Shown here one piece after another: positions 28,219-38,195 of a DNA stretch of 64,000 bases. Under the pieces are notes generated by a model, which saw nothing but the letters and a program-made list of their open reading frames with translations, did not search any database and was not told the DNA's origin. Source of the DNA: Roseburia hominis (GTDB lineage: Bacteria; Bacillota_I; Bacilli_A; RFN20; CAG-826); NCBI GenBank assembly GCA_963642055.1, contig CAVIFQ010000009.1, positions 1,322 through 65,321 on the forward strand, in the 5' to 3' direction. The position numbers and the translations under genes are program-made. Position 1 is the first letter of the stretch. The number at the start of each line of letters is the position of its first letter.

Positions 28219-29802
28219 ATGTCACTATATCTAAATCAAGGCAACCGTTCATTCTTCGAAAACCGCAACGCGAAGATATACGTCGACAAGTCTTTGCTCA
28301 TCAAGAAGACCAACGAGCTCCTCGGCACGCCGGACAAATTCATGTGCGTGACGCGCCCCCGACGCTTTGGGAAGAGCACGGCTTATTCGATGATCAACGC
28401 CTACTATTCGAAAGGTTGCTCCTCCAGAGGACTATTCAAAGGCCTCAAGATATACGACGACCCCTCTTTTGAGGAACATCTCAACAAGCACAACGTGATA
28501 TCGATCGATATGGCCTCGGTCTACAACATGCTCGATGAAGGGGAAGACCTCGTCAAAAAACTCAAAAAATACATCTACCTCGATCTTAAGGAGGCTTTTC
28601 CGGACGCCCATCTCGAGTATGATGCCGATGAGTCATCTTCCCTTGCTTTCGCCCTCAAAGATCTCGGCAACAAGGGGGAGCGGCTCATCCTTCTCATCGA
28701 CGAATGGGATGTGCTCTTCAGAAAAGAGCCCACCAACAAAGCGCTCTGCGACTCCTATATGAAGCTCTTAAGCAGTCTTTTCAAATCTGGCGATGTCTCT
28801 CAGTGCCTCGACCTCGTCTACATGACCGGCATTTTGCCCATCAGGAGATACAGTTCCCAGTCCGACCTCAACAACTTCATCGAATACAACATGATAGATC
28901 CCGACGGTATCCCCGACTCCTTCGGCTTCACCGAGGGGGAGGTCAAAAATCTCTGCGAGAAGTGGAGCATGGACTTCGACGAGGTGAAAAGCTGGTACGA
29001 CGGGTACCGCCTCAAAGGAATGGAGATATACAACCCAAGGTCAGTGGTCAGGGCCATCACGAGCCGCGAATGCAGCGATTATTGGATCTCGACTGCCAGC
29101 ATGGATCCCGTCAAGGAATACATGAACTATGACGGAGGTGCGCTCAAAGGCGAGATCATAAAGATGCTTGCCGGCGAGAAGGTGCCAGTCAACGTTACGC
29201 TCTTCCAGAACGACCTAACGCAAGTGAACAGCCGCGACGCCGCCCTCACAGTGCTCATCCACCTCGGATACCTAGGCTACGACAAAGAGAGCAAGGAATG
29301 CTTCATCCCCAACAAAGAGATAACTGACGAGATAATGAACGCCATCCAGGATATCCCCTGGCCCGACGTCTATAACCCGATATCGGAATCGGAGAAACTC
29401 CTCGAAGAGACCCTCAAAGGCAACACCGGCTACATCGACGAGACCTTCGACAAGAACCACGCCGACCTCGTTACCCCCTTCAACAAGAACGACGAGGGCG
29501 TGCTCTCGATAATCGCCAGGATCTCGTACAAAAAAGCGGAAAGATACTACAAGATCACCTCCGAGCCGAACTGCCCCACGGGGAGGGCCGATCTGCTCTT
29601 CACCCCGAGAGTGCCAGGCTATATCCCGATCATCATCGAGTTGAAGGTCGATCACTCTCCGGAGAAAGCGATTCAGCAGATAAAGGACAGGAACTACGTC
29701 TCGACGCTCAATGGATATCACGGCAAAGTCATGCTTTTGGGCATCGCTTACGAATCGAAGAGTCTGAAGCATCGTTCGAAGATTGAGTACGTCACTTTGT
29801 AG
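28219..29802 (+). CDS. AAA-ATPase-like protein with C-terminal PD-(D/E)xK nuclease-like domain (PDDEXK_9-type)
   Basis: TRPRRFGKST P-loop variant, Walker B LLIDEWD, C-terminal GRADLLFTP...IIIELKVD. Paralog of 62632..>64000. Confidence 0.8.
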   Translation: MSLYLNQGNRSFFENRNAKIYVDKSLLIKKTNELLGTPDKFMCVTRPRRFGKSTAYSMINAYYSKGCSSRGLFKGLKIYDDPSFEEHLNKHNVISIDMASVYNMLDEGEDLVKKLKKYIYLDLKEAFPDAHLEYDADESSSLAFALKDLGNKGERLILLIDEWDVLFRKEPTNKALCDSYMKLLSSLFKSGDVSQCLDLVYMTGILPIRRYSSQSDLNNFIEYNMIDPDGIPDSFGFTEGEVKNLCEKWSMDFDEVKSWYDGYRLKGMEIYNPRSVVRAITSRECSDYWISTASMDPVKEYMNYDGGALKGEIIKMLAGEKVPVNVTLFQNDLTQVNSRDAALTVLIHLGYLGYDKESKECFIPNKEITDEIMNAIQDIPWPDVYNPISESEKLLEETLKGNTGYIDETFDKNHADLVTPFNKNDEGVLSIIARISYKKAERYYKITSEPNCPTGRADLLFTPRVPGYIPIIIELKVDHSPEKAIQQIKDRNYVSTLNGYHGKVMLLGIAYESKSLKHRSKIEYVTL

Positions 29803-29971
29803 TGACCCTATATGCTTAAACTCGCTTCTTCTAGCGGAACGAAAAGCCACGGCAATGGTGGTGACTCTTTTTAGAAGCGTGGAACGAGCTCAAAAAGGCA
29901 CCTTTCTTACGTACCTGAGGTCTTTTTTCTTCTTGCCTAGAGGTGGAGCAATCACTATAATTACGAGCGCT

Positions 29972-30045
29972 AGGAGCATGGTTCAGTGGTAGAACAGCGG
30001 TCTCCAAAACCGTTGATGAGGGTTCGATTCCTTCTGCTCCTGCCA
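29972..30045 (+). tRNA. tRNA-Trp (anticodon CCA)
   Basis: AGGAGCA/TGCTCCT acceptor, anticodon loop CTCCAAA, T-arm GGGTTCGATTCC, encoded CCA. Confidence 0.9.
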
Positions 30046-30057
30046 AATAGAGCTCTT

Positions 30058-30089
30058 CCCCGATCGTGAGTCGGGGTTTTCTTTTTTTT
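30058..30089 (+). terminator. intrinsic terminator after tRNA-Trp
   Basis: CCCCGA-tcgtgag-TCGGGG followed by TTTTCTTTTTTTT. Confidence 0.8.
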
Positions 30090-30110
30090 GGGAGTGTGAC
30101 CTTCTACAAA

Positions 30111-30242
30111 TCAGTTGTACGATAAGGCTTTTCGCTTGTTCACTTTCCAATATCCGCCTTTATCGGGGCCAACGTGGGCGATTTCGCCGCTTTTTTGCAT
30201 TTTGTTCAGATGGTGCCTAACGCTTCCATCAGTTTCATTTTG
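30111..30242 (-). pseudogene. 3' remnant of an AlbA_2-type gene (wHTH tail only)
   Basis: Hand translation gives QNETDGSVRHHLNKMQKSGEIAHVGPDKGGYWKVNKRKALSYN*. It aligns with the tail of 16746..18155 (SETAIDKNIKFLKNENMLERIGSNKTGYWKVNC). No upstream ATPase part. Confidence 0.45.
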
Positions 30243-30299
30243 TTAAGATATAAAGTTTGCTTTTCAGTCTCTTGTCATATAGCAGTTAAACTGGGCTGA

Positions 30300-30333
30300 C
30301 AACCAAAAAGTAACCAGAAAACAACCAGAAAAT
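30300..30333 (+). repeat. 3 x 11-nt word (C/T)AACCA(A/G)AAAA
   Basis: CAACCAAAAAG TAACCAGAAAA CAACCAGAAAA, upstream (minus-strand sense) of the remnant. Confidence 0.7.
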
Positions 30334-30499
30334 ACGATATGTTGTCTGACCGCGCCAAAATTCATCACACTTTGCGCTTATTTAGCCTTCTTTGCGTCTG
30401 CCCGTTTAACCTCATTTTTGTTGCAACGCGCCTTCTAACGTTCTCGCTTAATGAAAAAAGAGCCGACAAATCGCGGCTCTTTTTGGATTTTAGCAGTCC

Positions 30500-32896
30500 T
30501 TACCAGATGAATGGCTTAGAAGCGACGGCTTCAAAGACCAAGGTATTTGGCGAATCGGTTGGAGTATAGACGTAGAAGGAAAGCTCGACTTTCGCATTCT
30601 CGTCATCTTCGTAATAGAACTCGCAGTCGAGATAATAACCAGAGCCTATTTTCTCGTCGTTTTCGTATCTATCACCTTCTGCCCATTTCCCTTCGAGGGT
30701 ATCGAAGGTTTCTGAGTCGGTTGCCCAATAGACCTTGAAACCGGTAGGGATGAGCTTTTCGTTCGTGAGTTTCATCAACGTATCGGCGGTAACGGAGGAA
30801 TCGGTGGAGAGATCGAACGTCATTTTGACGGACGGATCGCCATCTTCCAAATCGGACTCCGGGAGCCTCTCGTAGTCTTCATAACCTGCCTCTTTGAGGG
30901 CCTTTTCGATGTAATCGATGGTGGAGACGGTATCGTAGTCGAGGATGTTTTTCGCTTTGACGGTGCAAGTGGCGGTGTAGACATTGCCAGCGGCGTCGGT
31001 GACGCTTGCTTTGATGGTGGCCGTATCGCCTTCCGAGGCATCTTCGCTCACTTTGACGAAGCCGGCGTCGTTGACGGTGATGGAACTAGCCCCTTCGACT
31101 GAATAGCTTATTTTGCCTGTGAGCATATCGGTGGTGATTCCTAGCTTTTGGCTCTTGCCGATGCCGATTGTGTACTCTTCGCTCCCGAATTCGATATAAG
31201 GGGTATGACTCTCGCCTGAGCCTTTTTTGATGGTGATGGTGGTTAGACCCCACTCATAGTCTTCGTACCATACCGGGTCGACGTTGATTTCGACTTTGCC
31301 GTCTTTATCTTCGTAGACTGTTCCTGAATCGGCGTCTCCCATATGATATGGAATAGCCTGCAAGAGATCGTCGTATGCATCGCCGTAAGCGTGCTCATAG
31401 GAATCTTTGATGGTGATGGTGATTCCATATTCCTGCTCGGAAAGCTCTTTGGCCAAAGCCTCGATGTCATCGTCAGTGTAATCGAGAGGGAGATCGGTAT
31501 ACCAATCAGGGTACTCCTTGATGTTCTCTAGATAATATTCGTATGCCTCTTTGACGTAATCATCGCCATGGACCTCGTATTTGATTTTATCGTTCGTGTA
31601 CTTAGAGGTGTTGTCCAAAAGAGGGAGCGAGTAGTCGGTCAGCTTCAGCGTATCCTTGATGAAGGAGTTGATGGCGTCTTTCGGCATATCGCTTGCGAAA
31701 GTGCTCGTTGGCTTGCACAAAGAGGCGCTGACCTCCATGCCGACGACGTTATATTCTGTATCCGCCACGTCTTGGCAATTGACGAGAAGAGTCTCATCCC
31801 AATTGATGAAAGGGCCATTCCAGCCAGTTTGGCTCATCCCTAGGCAGCCTAGTTCATAGCCATAGGAATAAGGATCCATATAATCGTCATCTTCTTCGCT
31901 CGTGAGGCCTTGGATATAGACGGTGCCAGCTTTCGTGTAGACGTAATATTCGCCGTTTGAGGAAGCAAATTCCGGGATCTTGATGCCGCTTCCTTTCTCG
32001 ATGTCGCTTAAAGTATCCGAAGGCCAAGATGTGTAAGTGGTGACTTTCGGATTGAAGTAGAAGCCGAAATCGTTTCCGCCCATATAGGAGAGGAAAGCCT
32101 CGACCATGTTGCCGTTAGAAAGCGTCTTGATGAGGTAGTGACCATGGTTTTCCGCGCTCAATTCCTCATTGTAGACGAAGCCGTCCTCGATGAGCTTGTC
32201 TTTATAGGCACTTGTCAAATTCTCGGTCGAGGTATCGAGAATCCTAAGGACATCGCTAGAATAGGCGTAGACGCTGTTTTTGCTCGCCAAATCGATGAAA
32301 GGAAGATCGGTGTCGATGGTGGAAGTGATCGTTTCTTTTTCCTCATCTGTCCAATCTTTCGCCTCGTTCCTTGTTGGATCAAGATCCGCGTAGCAGTTGA
32401 TGATGTGATAGCCTGGGATGTAGCTAGTGCCGACATGCGTCCCTTTGACGTGGAAATAGATGATGTCGTAGCCTATTTTCTTATCTTCCGAGGCATTGGT
32501 GAGCTCGACGTAATTGACACCATCGCTATCAGTCTGGACGGCTTTATCGTCATACCCTTTGATGAGGTTCCAGCCTCCTTTTACCAAATCCTCATAATAA
32601 TCCTCGAGGCTGAAAGTGGCTGAGCGACCATAGATTTGCAAATAGCTGTAGCTCTCCTCATTCACCTCTTTTAGGGCGATTTGCTTCCCTAGCCTCTTGC
32701 CAGGGTAAGGAAGGACTTCCCCACAGTACTTCTTTAGCAGCGCCTCTTCTTCTTCGCTCCAGCTGCCAGTCTCCTCGGATGAGGAAGATGAATAGCTCGA
32801 GGAAGATGAATAGCTGCTCGAATCAGTCGATCCGGCGCAGGCTCCTAGCGCCAAAGCGATGAACGCTAAAGCGAGGCCCCCTTTTGTTTTCTTCAT
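30500..32896 (-). CDS. large surface lipoprotein with Ser-rich linker (paralog of 4010..6400)
   Basis: Start moved to MKKTKGGLALAFIALALGACAG (lipobox). SSYSSSSSYSSSSS linker. Shared WSEEEEALLKKYCGEVLPYPGK block. Ig-like GDTATIKASVTDAAGNVYTATCTVKA. Confidence 0.75.
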   Translation of the reverse strand: MKKTKGGLALAFIALALGACAGSTDSSSYSSSSSYSSSSSEETGSWSEEEEALLKKYCGEVLPYPGKRLGKQIALKEVNEESYSYLQIYGRSATFSLEDYYEDLVKGGWNLIKGYDDKAVQTDSDGVNYVELTNASEDKKIGYDIIYFHVKGTHVGTSYIPGYHIINCYADLDPTRNEAKDWTDEEKETITSTIDTDLPFIDLASKNSVYAYSSDVLRILDTSTENLTSAYKDKLIEDGFVYNEELSAENHGHYLIKTLSNGNMVEAFLSYMGGNDFGFYFNPKVTTYTSWPSDTLSDIEKGSGIKIPEFASSNGEYYVYTKAGTVYIQGLTSEEDDDYMDPYSYGYELGCLGMSQTGWNGPFINWDETLLVNCQDVADTEYNVVGMEVSASLCKPTSTFASDMPKDAINSFIKDTLKLTDYSLPLLDNTSKYTNDKIKYEVHGDDYVKEAYEYYLENIKEYPDWYTDLPLDYTDDDIEALAKELSEQEYGITITIKDSYEHAYGDAYDDLLQAIPYHMGDADSGTVYEDKDGKVEINVDPVWYEDYEWGLTTITIKKGSGESHTPYIEFGSEEYTIGIGKSQKLGITTDMLTGKISYSVEGASSITVNDAGFVKVSEDASEGDTATIKASVTDAAGNVYTATCTVKAKNILDYDTVSTIDYIEKALKEAGYEDYERLPESDLEDGDPSVKMTFDLSTDSSVTADTLMKLTNEKLIPTGFKVYWATDSETFDTLEGKWAEGDRYENDEKIGSGYYLDCEFYYEDDENAKVELSFYVYTPTDSPNTLVFEAVASKPFIW

Positions 32897-33110
32897 GTTT
32901 TTTTGCTCCTTTTTTGCACGCACATAGGCATGCGCTCGTAACTCGAGAAAAATAGGGCGGTATGAGCGTAATGTCAATTGCCATTTTTACCGGTTTTTCA
33001 GTATAAGCATCGATGAGGCGTGAGGAATTTCCACTTTTCCCTTTGTTTATGAAAGCGCTTGCGCGTTTTGCTTTTCTTTCTTCGTAGGCGAGTTAATAAT
33101 TAACCCGCTT

Positions 33111-33602
33111 ATGAATAGAGATCTAGAAGAAAAGGATATCGCCGCTTGCTTAGAGATATATAACCACTACATCGAGAATACCTGCTACACGCTTGAGGAG
33201 GAAAAACTATCTCTTGAGGCTTTCTCTTCGAGAGTGAAAGCCATAAAAAGCAGATACCCTTTTATCGTTTATGAGAATGAGAGGAAAGAGGTCATTGGTT
33301 ACGCCTATCTCGATTCTTTCTGCAAGCGGAGCGCCTATCGTCATACCGCCGATTTATCGATTTACGTGAGCAAAGACCATCTCCACGAGCATATTGGCCA
33401 ATCTCTCCTTGAGGAAATTGAGCGCAAAGCAAAAGAGCACGGCATCACCGACATTATCTCCATCGTCACAAGCGAGAATCCTACTTCGCTTCGCTTTCAT
33501 TTAAATAACGGCTTCCTTTTGGAAGGGACGCTCGTCAACGTGGCCTATAAGATGAGCAAAGACATCAGCGTCTATTATCTCCATAAGAAGATCGGTGAAT
33601 GA
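33111..33602 (+). CDS. GNAT family N-acetyltransferase (phosphinothricin/MSO acetyltransferase-like)
   Basis: 163 aa. YNHYIENTCYTLEEE N-terminus and QSLLEEIERKAKEHG acetyl-CoA-binding region typical of the PAT subgroup. Confidence 0.7.
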   Translation: MNRDLEEKDIAACLEIYNHYIENTCYTLEEEKLSLEAFSSRVKAIKSRYPFIVYENERKEVIGYAYLDSFCKRSAYRHTADLSIYVSKDHLHEHIGQSLLEEIERKAKEHGITDIISIVTSENPTSLRFHLNNGFLLEGTLVNVAYKMSKDISVYYLHKKIGE

Positions 33603-33733
33603 TAATCCGCCAACATTTTTAACCTGTTTCCATATAAGAACCGTCTAAGTGTTTCACCCTCTAGCGAAGTCATCGCCATTCAGTCCCAAAGGTGATTAAA
33701 ACTGGTCAAGGCACGCTTAAGTGTATAAAAACC

Positions 33734-33763
33734 TTGATATTCGCGCGGGGGGGGGCGCATACT
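33734..33763 (+). promoter_or_regulatory. candidate promoter with a G9 homopolymer in the spacer
   Basis: TTGATA (33734-39), spacer of about 18 nt containing GGGGGGGGG (about 33747-33755), then CATACT. About 50 nt upstream of the SPFH operon ATG. Confidence 0.45.
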
Positions 33764-33812
33764 TTAATAAAAGTTTTACGCGCGCATTTTTGGCGCGAGA
33801 TTGGGGCACAAT

Positions 33813-34862
33813 ATGCTAGAGGTCGTATCATTCGCAGCCAAACACGACGACGATTGGCTGGTTTACCGCTTTCCCGATGATGATTTCAACTCGCGGAGCA
33901 AGCTGATTGTCGGTCCAGGGCAAAAGGCCATCTGCGTCCACTTGGGCCAGATCGAGGGCGAATTCAAGCCCGGCGTGACGATCCTTTCGACGGAGAACTA
34001 CCCCTTCCTCAAGAAGTTCGTCAACTCTTTCAATGGCGGGAACGCCTATCCTTTCCAGATATATTTTGTCAATACGACGGTCAATTCGAGCACTGAATGG
34101 TCGACGGGCCAAGCGGTGAGAGTGGATGATCCAGAGACAAAACTCGTGGTGCATCTACGGGCTTATGGCTCTTATATCTTCCGTCTCCGCGACCCGCAGT
34201 TCCTGCTCCAGATGGTGCTGGGCAATATGGAAAGCGGAGATATCGTCAGTTTCGATTATTTCCGCCGCAAATTCGACGATAGGGTTCAGCAATCCGTCGT
34301 CAAGTGTTTGGGGCAACTCGCCCGCGTCGATAAGATACCGGCCCTTGAGATCGCCACCCAAACCGATGTGCTCTCGGAGCGCGTTACCAAAGACGTCGAC
34401 GATTTCTTCAGGAAATACGGCTTCGAGGTCACCGATTTCAATACGGCCTCGATCAATATCCCGGATGAGGATTTCAACGCTCTCAAGGAAGCTCGCGAGT
34501 GGGCTGTCTTAGGGACGAGCCACATCGCCGAGCGTCAACTCGATATCGGCGAATCCTGGTCGAAAAATGAAGGAACGGCTGGGGGAACGGCTGTTGGCAT
34601 GATGGGTCTAGGACTCGGCTTCAATGCCTTCGGCGGCATGATGGGCAATCAGCCAACCGGTTACCCAGGGAACTCACAAGGGTATCCATCCAATCAGCAA
34701 GGGTATCAGCAAAATGTCCAAGGGGCGGCAGCTGGAGCAGCCTCCAGCAATATGGCTGCCGGAGCCACGCCAGGAGCCTACAAATTCTGCCCGAATTGCG
34801 GAACCAAACTCGACGGGAAAGCCAATTTCTGCCCGAACTGCGGAGAAAGGGTAATTAAGTAA
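33813..34862 (+). CDS. SPFH/Band-7-like (YdjI-type) protein with Gly/Gln-rich linker and C-terminal zinc ribbon
   Basis: Start at the ATG (MLEVVSF). LIVGPGQKAICVHLGQIEGEFKPG and YGSYIFRLRDPQFL typical of the YdjI/Band_7_1 family. C-terminal FCPNCGTKLDGKANFCPNCG. Confidence 0.75.
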   Translation: MLEVVSFAAKHDDDWLVYRFPDDDFNSRSKLIVGPGQKAICVHLGQIEGEFKPGVTILSTENYPFLKKFVNSFNGGNAYPFQIYFVNTTVNSSTEWSTGQAVRVDDPETKLVVHLRAYGSYIFRLRDPQFLLQMVLGNMESGDIVSFDYFRRKFDDRVQQSVVKCLGQLARVDKIPALEIATQTDVLSERVTKDVDDFFRKYGFEVTDFNTASINIPDEDFNALKEAREWAVLGTSHIAERQLDIGESWSKNEGTAGGTAVGMMGLGLGFNAFGGMMGNQPTGYPGNSQGYPSNQQGYQQNVQGAAAGAASSNMAAGATPGAYKFCPNCGTKLDGKANFCPNCGERVIK

Positions 34863-34864
34863 CC

Positions 34865-35371
34865 ATGAAACTCAAAAATCGCTTATTCATCATCGATATC
34901 CTCATCTTGATCGCCATATATGGCATCCCTCTTGCAATTCTAGGCGGATGCGGGGTGATCCCAGTCGGCCTCAAATGCATCATCTTCTACGTGATACTCG
35001 CCATTTCGATTTTCGCCCATGAATTCTGGGTCGTTTCGGTTTACCGGAAAGACGGCTTTGTCGAAGACGCTTTGATCTTCCCTCAGCTCAAGCTCAGCTA
35101 TCTCATCCTCCTTTTGCCGTTCATCAATCTCGCTCTCTACTACATTCCGTGGAGTGAAGAGGCCATGAAATGGTATTGGATCGTCACCTCAATCATCGAT
35201 TTCTTGGCTTTAGTGGCCTATTTCATCGCCTATTCGATGCTCGCGCACGTCGCGAACAAGATGGGCAATGCCCTAAAAACGCATCAATCGGAGAAGATTG
35301 AGGCGGTTTCCACGAAGAGCTATGAAACGGATGATGGCGACTTCTTTGGGAGCAACGCCAGGAGGAAATAA
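34865..35371 (+). CDS. small integral membrane protein (about 4 TM)
   Basis: 2-nt gap to the previous gene. Hydrophobic helices throughout. Confidence 0.65.
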   Translation: MKLKNRLFIIDILILIAIYGIPLAILGGCGVIPVGLKCIIFYVILAISIFAHEFWVVSVYRKDGFVEDALIFPQLKLSYLILLLPFINLALYYIPWSEEAMKWYWIVTSIIDFLALVAYFIAYSMLAHVANKMGNALKTHQSEKIEAVSTKSYETDDGDFFGSNARRK

Positions 35372-35373
35372 AT

Positions 35374-36729
35374 ATGGGGAAGAATAGAGCCGATTGCCCT
35401 GCGTGCGGCAGGCCTCTTAAATATGATGAGGCGAGCAATTGCATGGTTTGCCCGGCTGGCCACTACAGCGAGCCGGTGAAAAACGACATCAATATCGATA
35501 GTCATGACCAAGTCGTCAATAACTATTATCAAGGCCCAGCGGCCCACCAAACGGATAACCGTGGCTCCTATGAGCAGATGGTGCAGCGTTTAGAGGCATT
35601 CGTGGCCGATGATGATGAAGATGGGATCAATAACACCCTCGTTGAGCTTCGCGATAGCTATCCGCAGACTTATTTCGGGAAACTCGTCAACGTTTGGTTC
35701 AAAAATCAGATCACGACTCTCGTCTTTAATCCCGTGAAATTCACAAGCACTCTCTCTAGCTGGGGTGGCATTATCGCGAGCACGATGAACGAGGATCTCT
35801 CCGATGATGAGCCAAGCGGAGTCACCCATCTCTCTTACGAAGTCGCTTGGCGCACCTTCAAGAAGCTCGATGAGTTAGGAGTTGCGACCAAAGAGCAGAA
35901 AAACGTGGTGAAGCAGGGGAGCGATATTGAGCCGTATATCTCTTCGGTCAATAACATCGTGACTTTCATTGGCGATGCAAGCGCTGCCCCCATCAAACGC
36001 CTCATCAAATACGATTTCGAGACCAAGATGGCCAATAGCCTTGATACTTGCTACCCGATCGCTCAGAAGCTTTTGAGGAATCTTTGCGATCTCGCCGATA
36101 ACATCATTAAGTACGTGAACGCCAATTATGCGCGCACCAAAGAATACGTGTCGAATAAAGCCATCAGCGATTCCTCGCAAGTGAGCAAACCCACGCAGAA
36201 GCACAGCGGCTTCGCTCTCACTTTAGCCTGCGTGATCCTCGAGTCTTTGACTTTGATATACTGCTTCGTTCCGCTTTTCATCAAAACGACTTCTTCCGCT
36301 TCCTCGGCCGCGATGTTTTTCCTCTTTATGGCGATGTTCAATTTCGTGCCCATTAATCTCGTGCTCTCTTTGATCAAGAACAAAGTCGCGAAATGGTATG
36401 AGGGCTTCTTTTTCTGGGTCAATATCGCTGGCGGCATCGCCGCGATGGTGGCTCTCATCATCCTTATGGATGGGGCGAGCGACATCGCCAAAACGATCTT
36501 TGCCATCATCGCTTTGGGATGCGATGGCTCGATTCTCGTCAGGAACGCCATACGTCTTCCAAAACTCAAGCGCTTATCGAGCGAGATCAAAGCCGCGAAT
36601 AACTCCTATCTCCTCAACCAAGTGGCGGCCGAGGGGAATTACGATCAAGGCATCGCCGGGGCGAAATTCGACAGCTATGCCGATTTGATCGATGCCTATA
36701 GCTACGATTTCTCAAAATGGAATAGATAA
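35374..36729 (+). CDS. zinc-ribbon protein with helical middle domain and C-terminal 4-TM anchor
   Basis: N-terminal CPACG...CMVCPAGH. TM helices from about residue 275 (FALTLACVILESLTLIYCFVPLF...). Confidence 0.7.
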   Translation: MGKNRADCPACGRPLKYDEASNCMVCPAGHYSEPVKNDINIDSHDQVVNNYYQGPAAHQTDNRGSYEQMVQRLEAFVADDDEDGINNTLVELRDSYPQTYFGKLVNVWFKNQITTLVFNPVKFTSTLSSWGGIIASTMNEDLSDDEPSGVTHLSYEVAWRTFKKLDELGVATKEQKNVVKQGSDIEPYISSVNNIVTFIGDASAAPIKRLIKYDFETKMANSLDTCYPIAQKLLRNLCDLADNIIKYVNANYARTKEYVSNKAISDSSQVSKPTQKHSGFALTLACVILESLTLIYCFVPLFIKTTSSASSAAMFFLFMAMFNFVPINLVLSLIKNKVAKWYEGFFFWVNIAGGIAAMVALIILMDGASDIAKTIFAIIALGCDGSILVRNAIRLPKLKRLSSEIKAANNSYLLNQVAAEGNYDQGIAGAKFDSYADLIDAYSYDFSKWNR

Positions 36730-36746
36730 AGAAAGGACACTAGAAC

Positions 36747-37418
36747 ATGGGAAATACCATAATCACCAGATTGGCGTTCAATTACGGCGCCAAAAAATTC
36801 ACGAGCGCTTCTCTTAAGAAAGGGACGAAGGTCATCGTTCCTGATGGGGTTGTCGCGGATGTGCTCCAAAACGGGAAGAGGCTCTTGCGGGTGGACCAGC
36901 CAAAGACCTTCAAAATCTCCAAGAAGACCGTCCCGGGCCTTACGACCAAGCTTTTCAAGAAAGACATCGATAAGATCGAAATCTATTGCTATGGAAAGGA
37001 TCTCGGCACCGTCAATTACGGTTTTTTCCATCATTCCGTGTCTAATGACAACAATACCGCCACAAACCACAAACATTGGCTTGGCGGAGCCCAATTCTCC
37101 ATGAAATTCAGGATTGCTTTCACTTTGGGGGACGCTGATCGCTTCACCAATCTGAAACTTAACGTCGAGCAAGACGGGAACGTCATGAAACCTTACTACT
37201 TAACCCGTATCATCCCAAACTGGTTCGATGCGTGGGCGGTTGAAAACGAAGACTATCTCTACGATAGCCACAGCCATGATGAACATAATGAGATCATCCT
37301 TTGGAAGAAGAGCGAGGCCAGCGAGAAAGTCCATGAGCTCGAGAAAGAGCTCGAGAACAAGTTCTTGACGCAGACGGGATACCAAGCCAAAGTCGAATGC
37401 CTTGGCATCTTGGATTAA
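36747..37418 (+). CDS. hypothetical protein, possible divergent YdjI/SPFH-like paralog
   Basis: TKVIVPDGVVADVLQNGKRLLRV and C-terminal TGYQAKVECLGI echo the pattern of 33813..34862 (LIVGPGQKAICVHLGQ..., YGFEVTDFNTASI). Confidence 0.55.
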   Translation: MGNTIITRLAFNYGAKKFTSASLKKGTKVIVPDGVVADVLQNGKRLLRVDQPKTFKISKKTVPGLTTKLFKKDIDKIEIYCYGKDLGTVNYGFFHHSVSNDNNTATNHKHWLGGAQFSMKFRIAFTLGDADRFTNLKLNVEQDGNVMKPYYLTRIIPNWFDAWAVENEDYLYDSHSHDEHNEIILWKKSEASEKVHELEKELENKFLTQTGYQAKVECLGILD

Positions 37419-37436
37419 TTTAAGGAGCGAGCAACA

Positions 37437-38183
37437 ATGAACAAAATAGTTTTTAAAGGAATGCCAAAGGAAATCTCGAATGCGAACATCGCCGTCATCT
37501 ATTGCGGACGCTTCGAGAAAAAAGCCGTCATCGTGAATAAGAGCAATGACTACCGCCTCGATATCTATCAAGGGCCTCACCCTTTGGGCGCCATCGAAGG
37601 GAAGGGGAGAGTGAAACTCAAATCCTACCCCGATATTACGAAGGCGAAATCATACAAAGGCTATAACGATATTTTTGTCTTCGCGACCAAGAAGCCGCTC
37701 GATACCTTCTATTCAGCGAAAATATGCGCGAAAGTCACGGGTCTTGAGGACGTCAAGAACGCTGGCGTAAGTGGTGCTTTAATCATCGAATCTTTCTTTG
37801 ATACCATTGGCGTATATTCCTTCGTCACCATCTTCAAGCCGACCTCAGGTGAGCCATACACCATCTCCTCGCGCTTCAATCAAATCAAAAAGAGGGGTGG
37901 AGCGCCTGTGAGAAATCTCACTACCTTGAATGGCGCCAATATGAAGAGCCTCATTGAACTCTTCGTCAATGAATTCCTCCGCAATAATGCCATGGACTAT
38001 TTGCATCTTGATGACGATGGTAGCCTGCAAATCGAAGAAATCGGCAAGGTAAGCAATAAATGCGTCATCCATTTCCTCAAAGCCCTCGAGTCTTATGTCG
38101 AATCGGAGTTCGAATCCGAAATCAATGTCATCGGCAAATGCACGATCGTCGGCGTGAAGGACAATCTTCTCGCTTATATTTAA
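37437..38183 (+). CDS. hypothetical protein, operon member (possible divergent paralog)
   Basis: RBS AAGGAG upstream. Same size class and position as its neighbours. Weak pattern similarity only. Confidence 0.5.
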   Translation: MNKIVFKGMPKEISNANIAVIYCGRFEKKAVIVNKSNDYRLDIYQGPHPLGAIEGKGRVKLKSYPDITKAKSYKGYNDIFVFATKKPLDTFYSAKICAKVTGLEDVKNAGVSGALIIESFFDTIGVYSFVTIFKPTSGEPYTISSRFNQIKKRGGAPVRNLTTLNGANMKSLIELFVNEFLRNNAMDYLHLDDDGSLQIEEIGKVSNKCVIHFLKALESYVESEFESEINVIGKCTIVGVKDNLLAYI

Positions 38184-38195
38184 TGGGGCAAAGCA

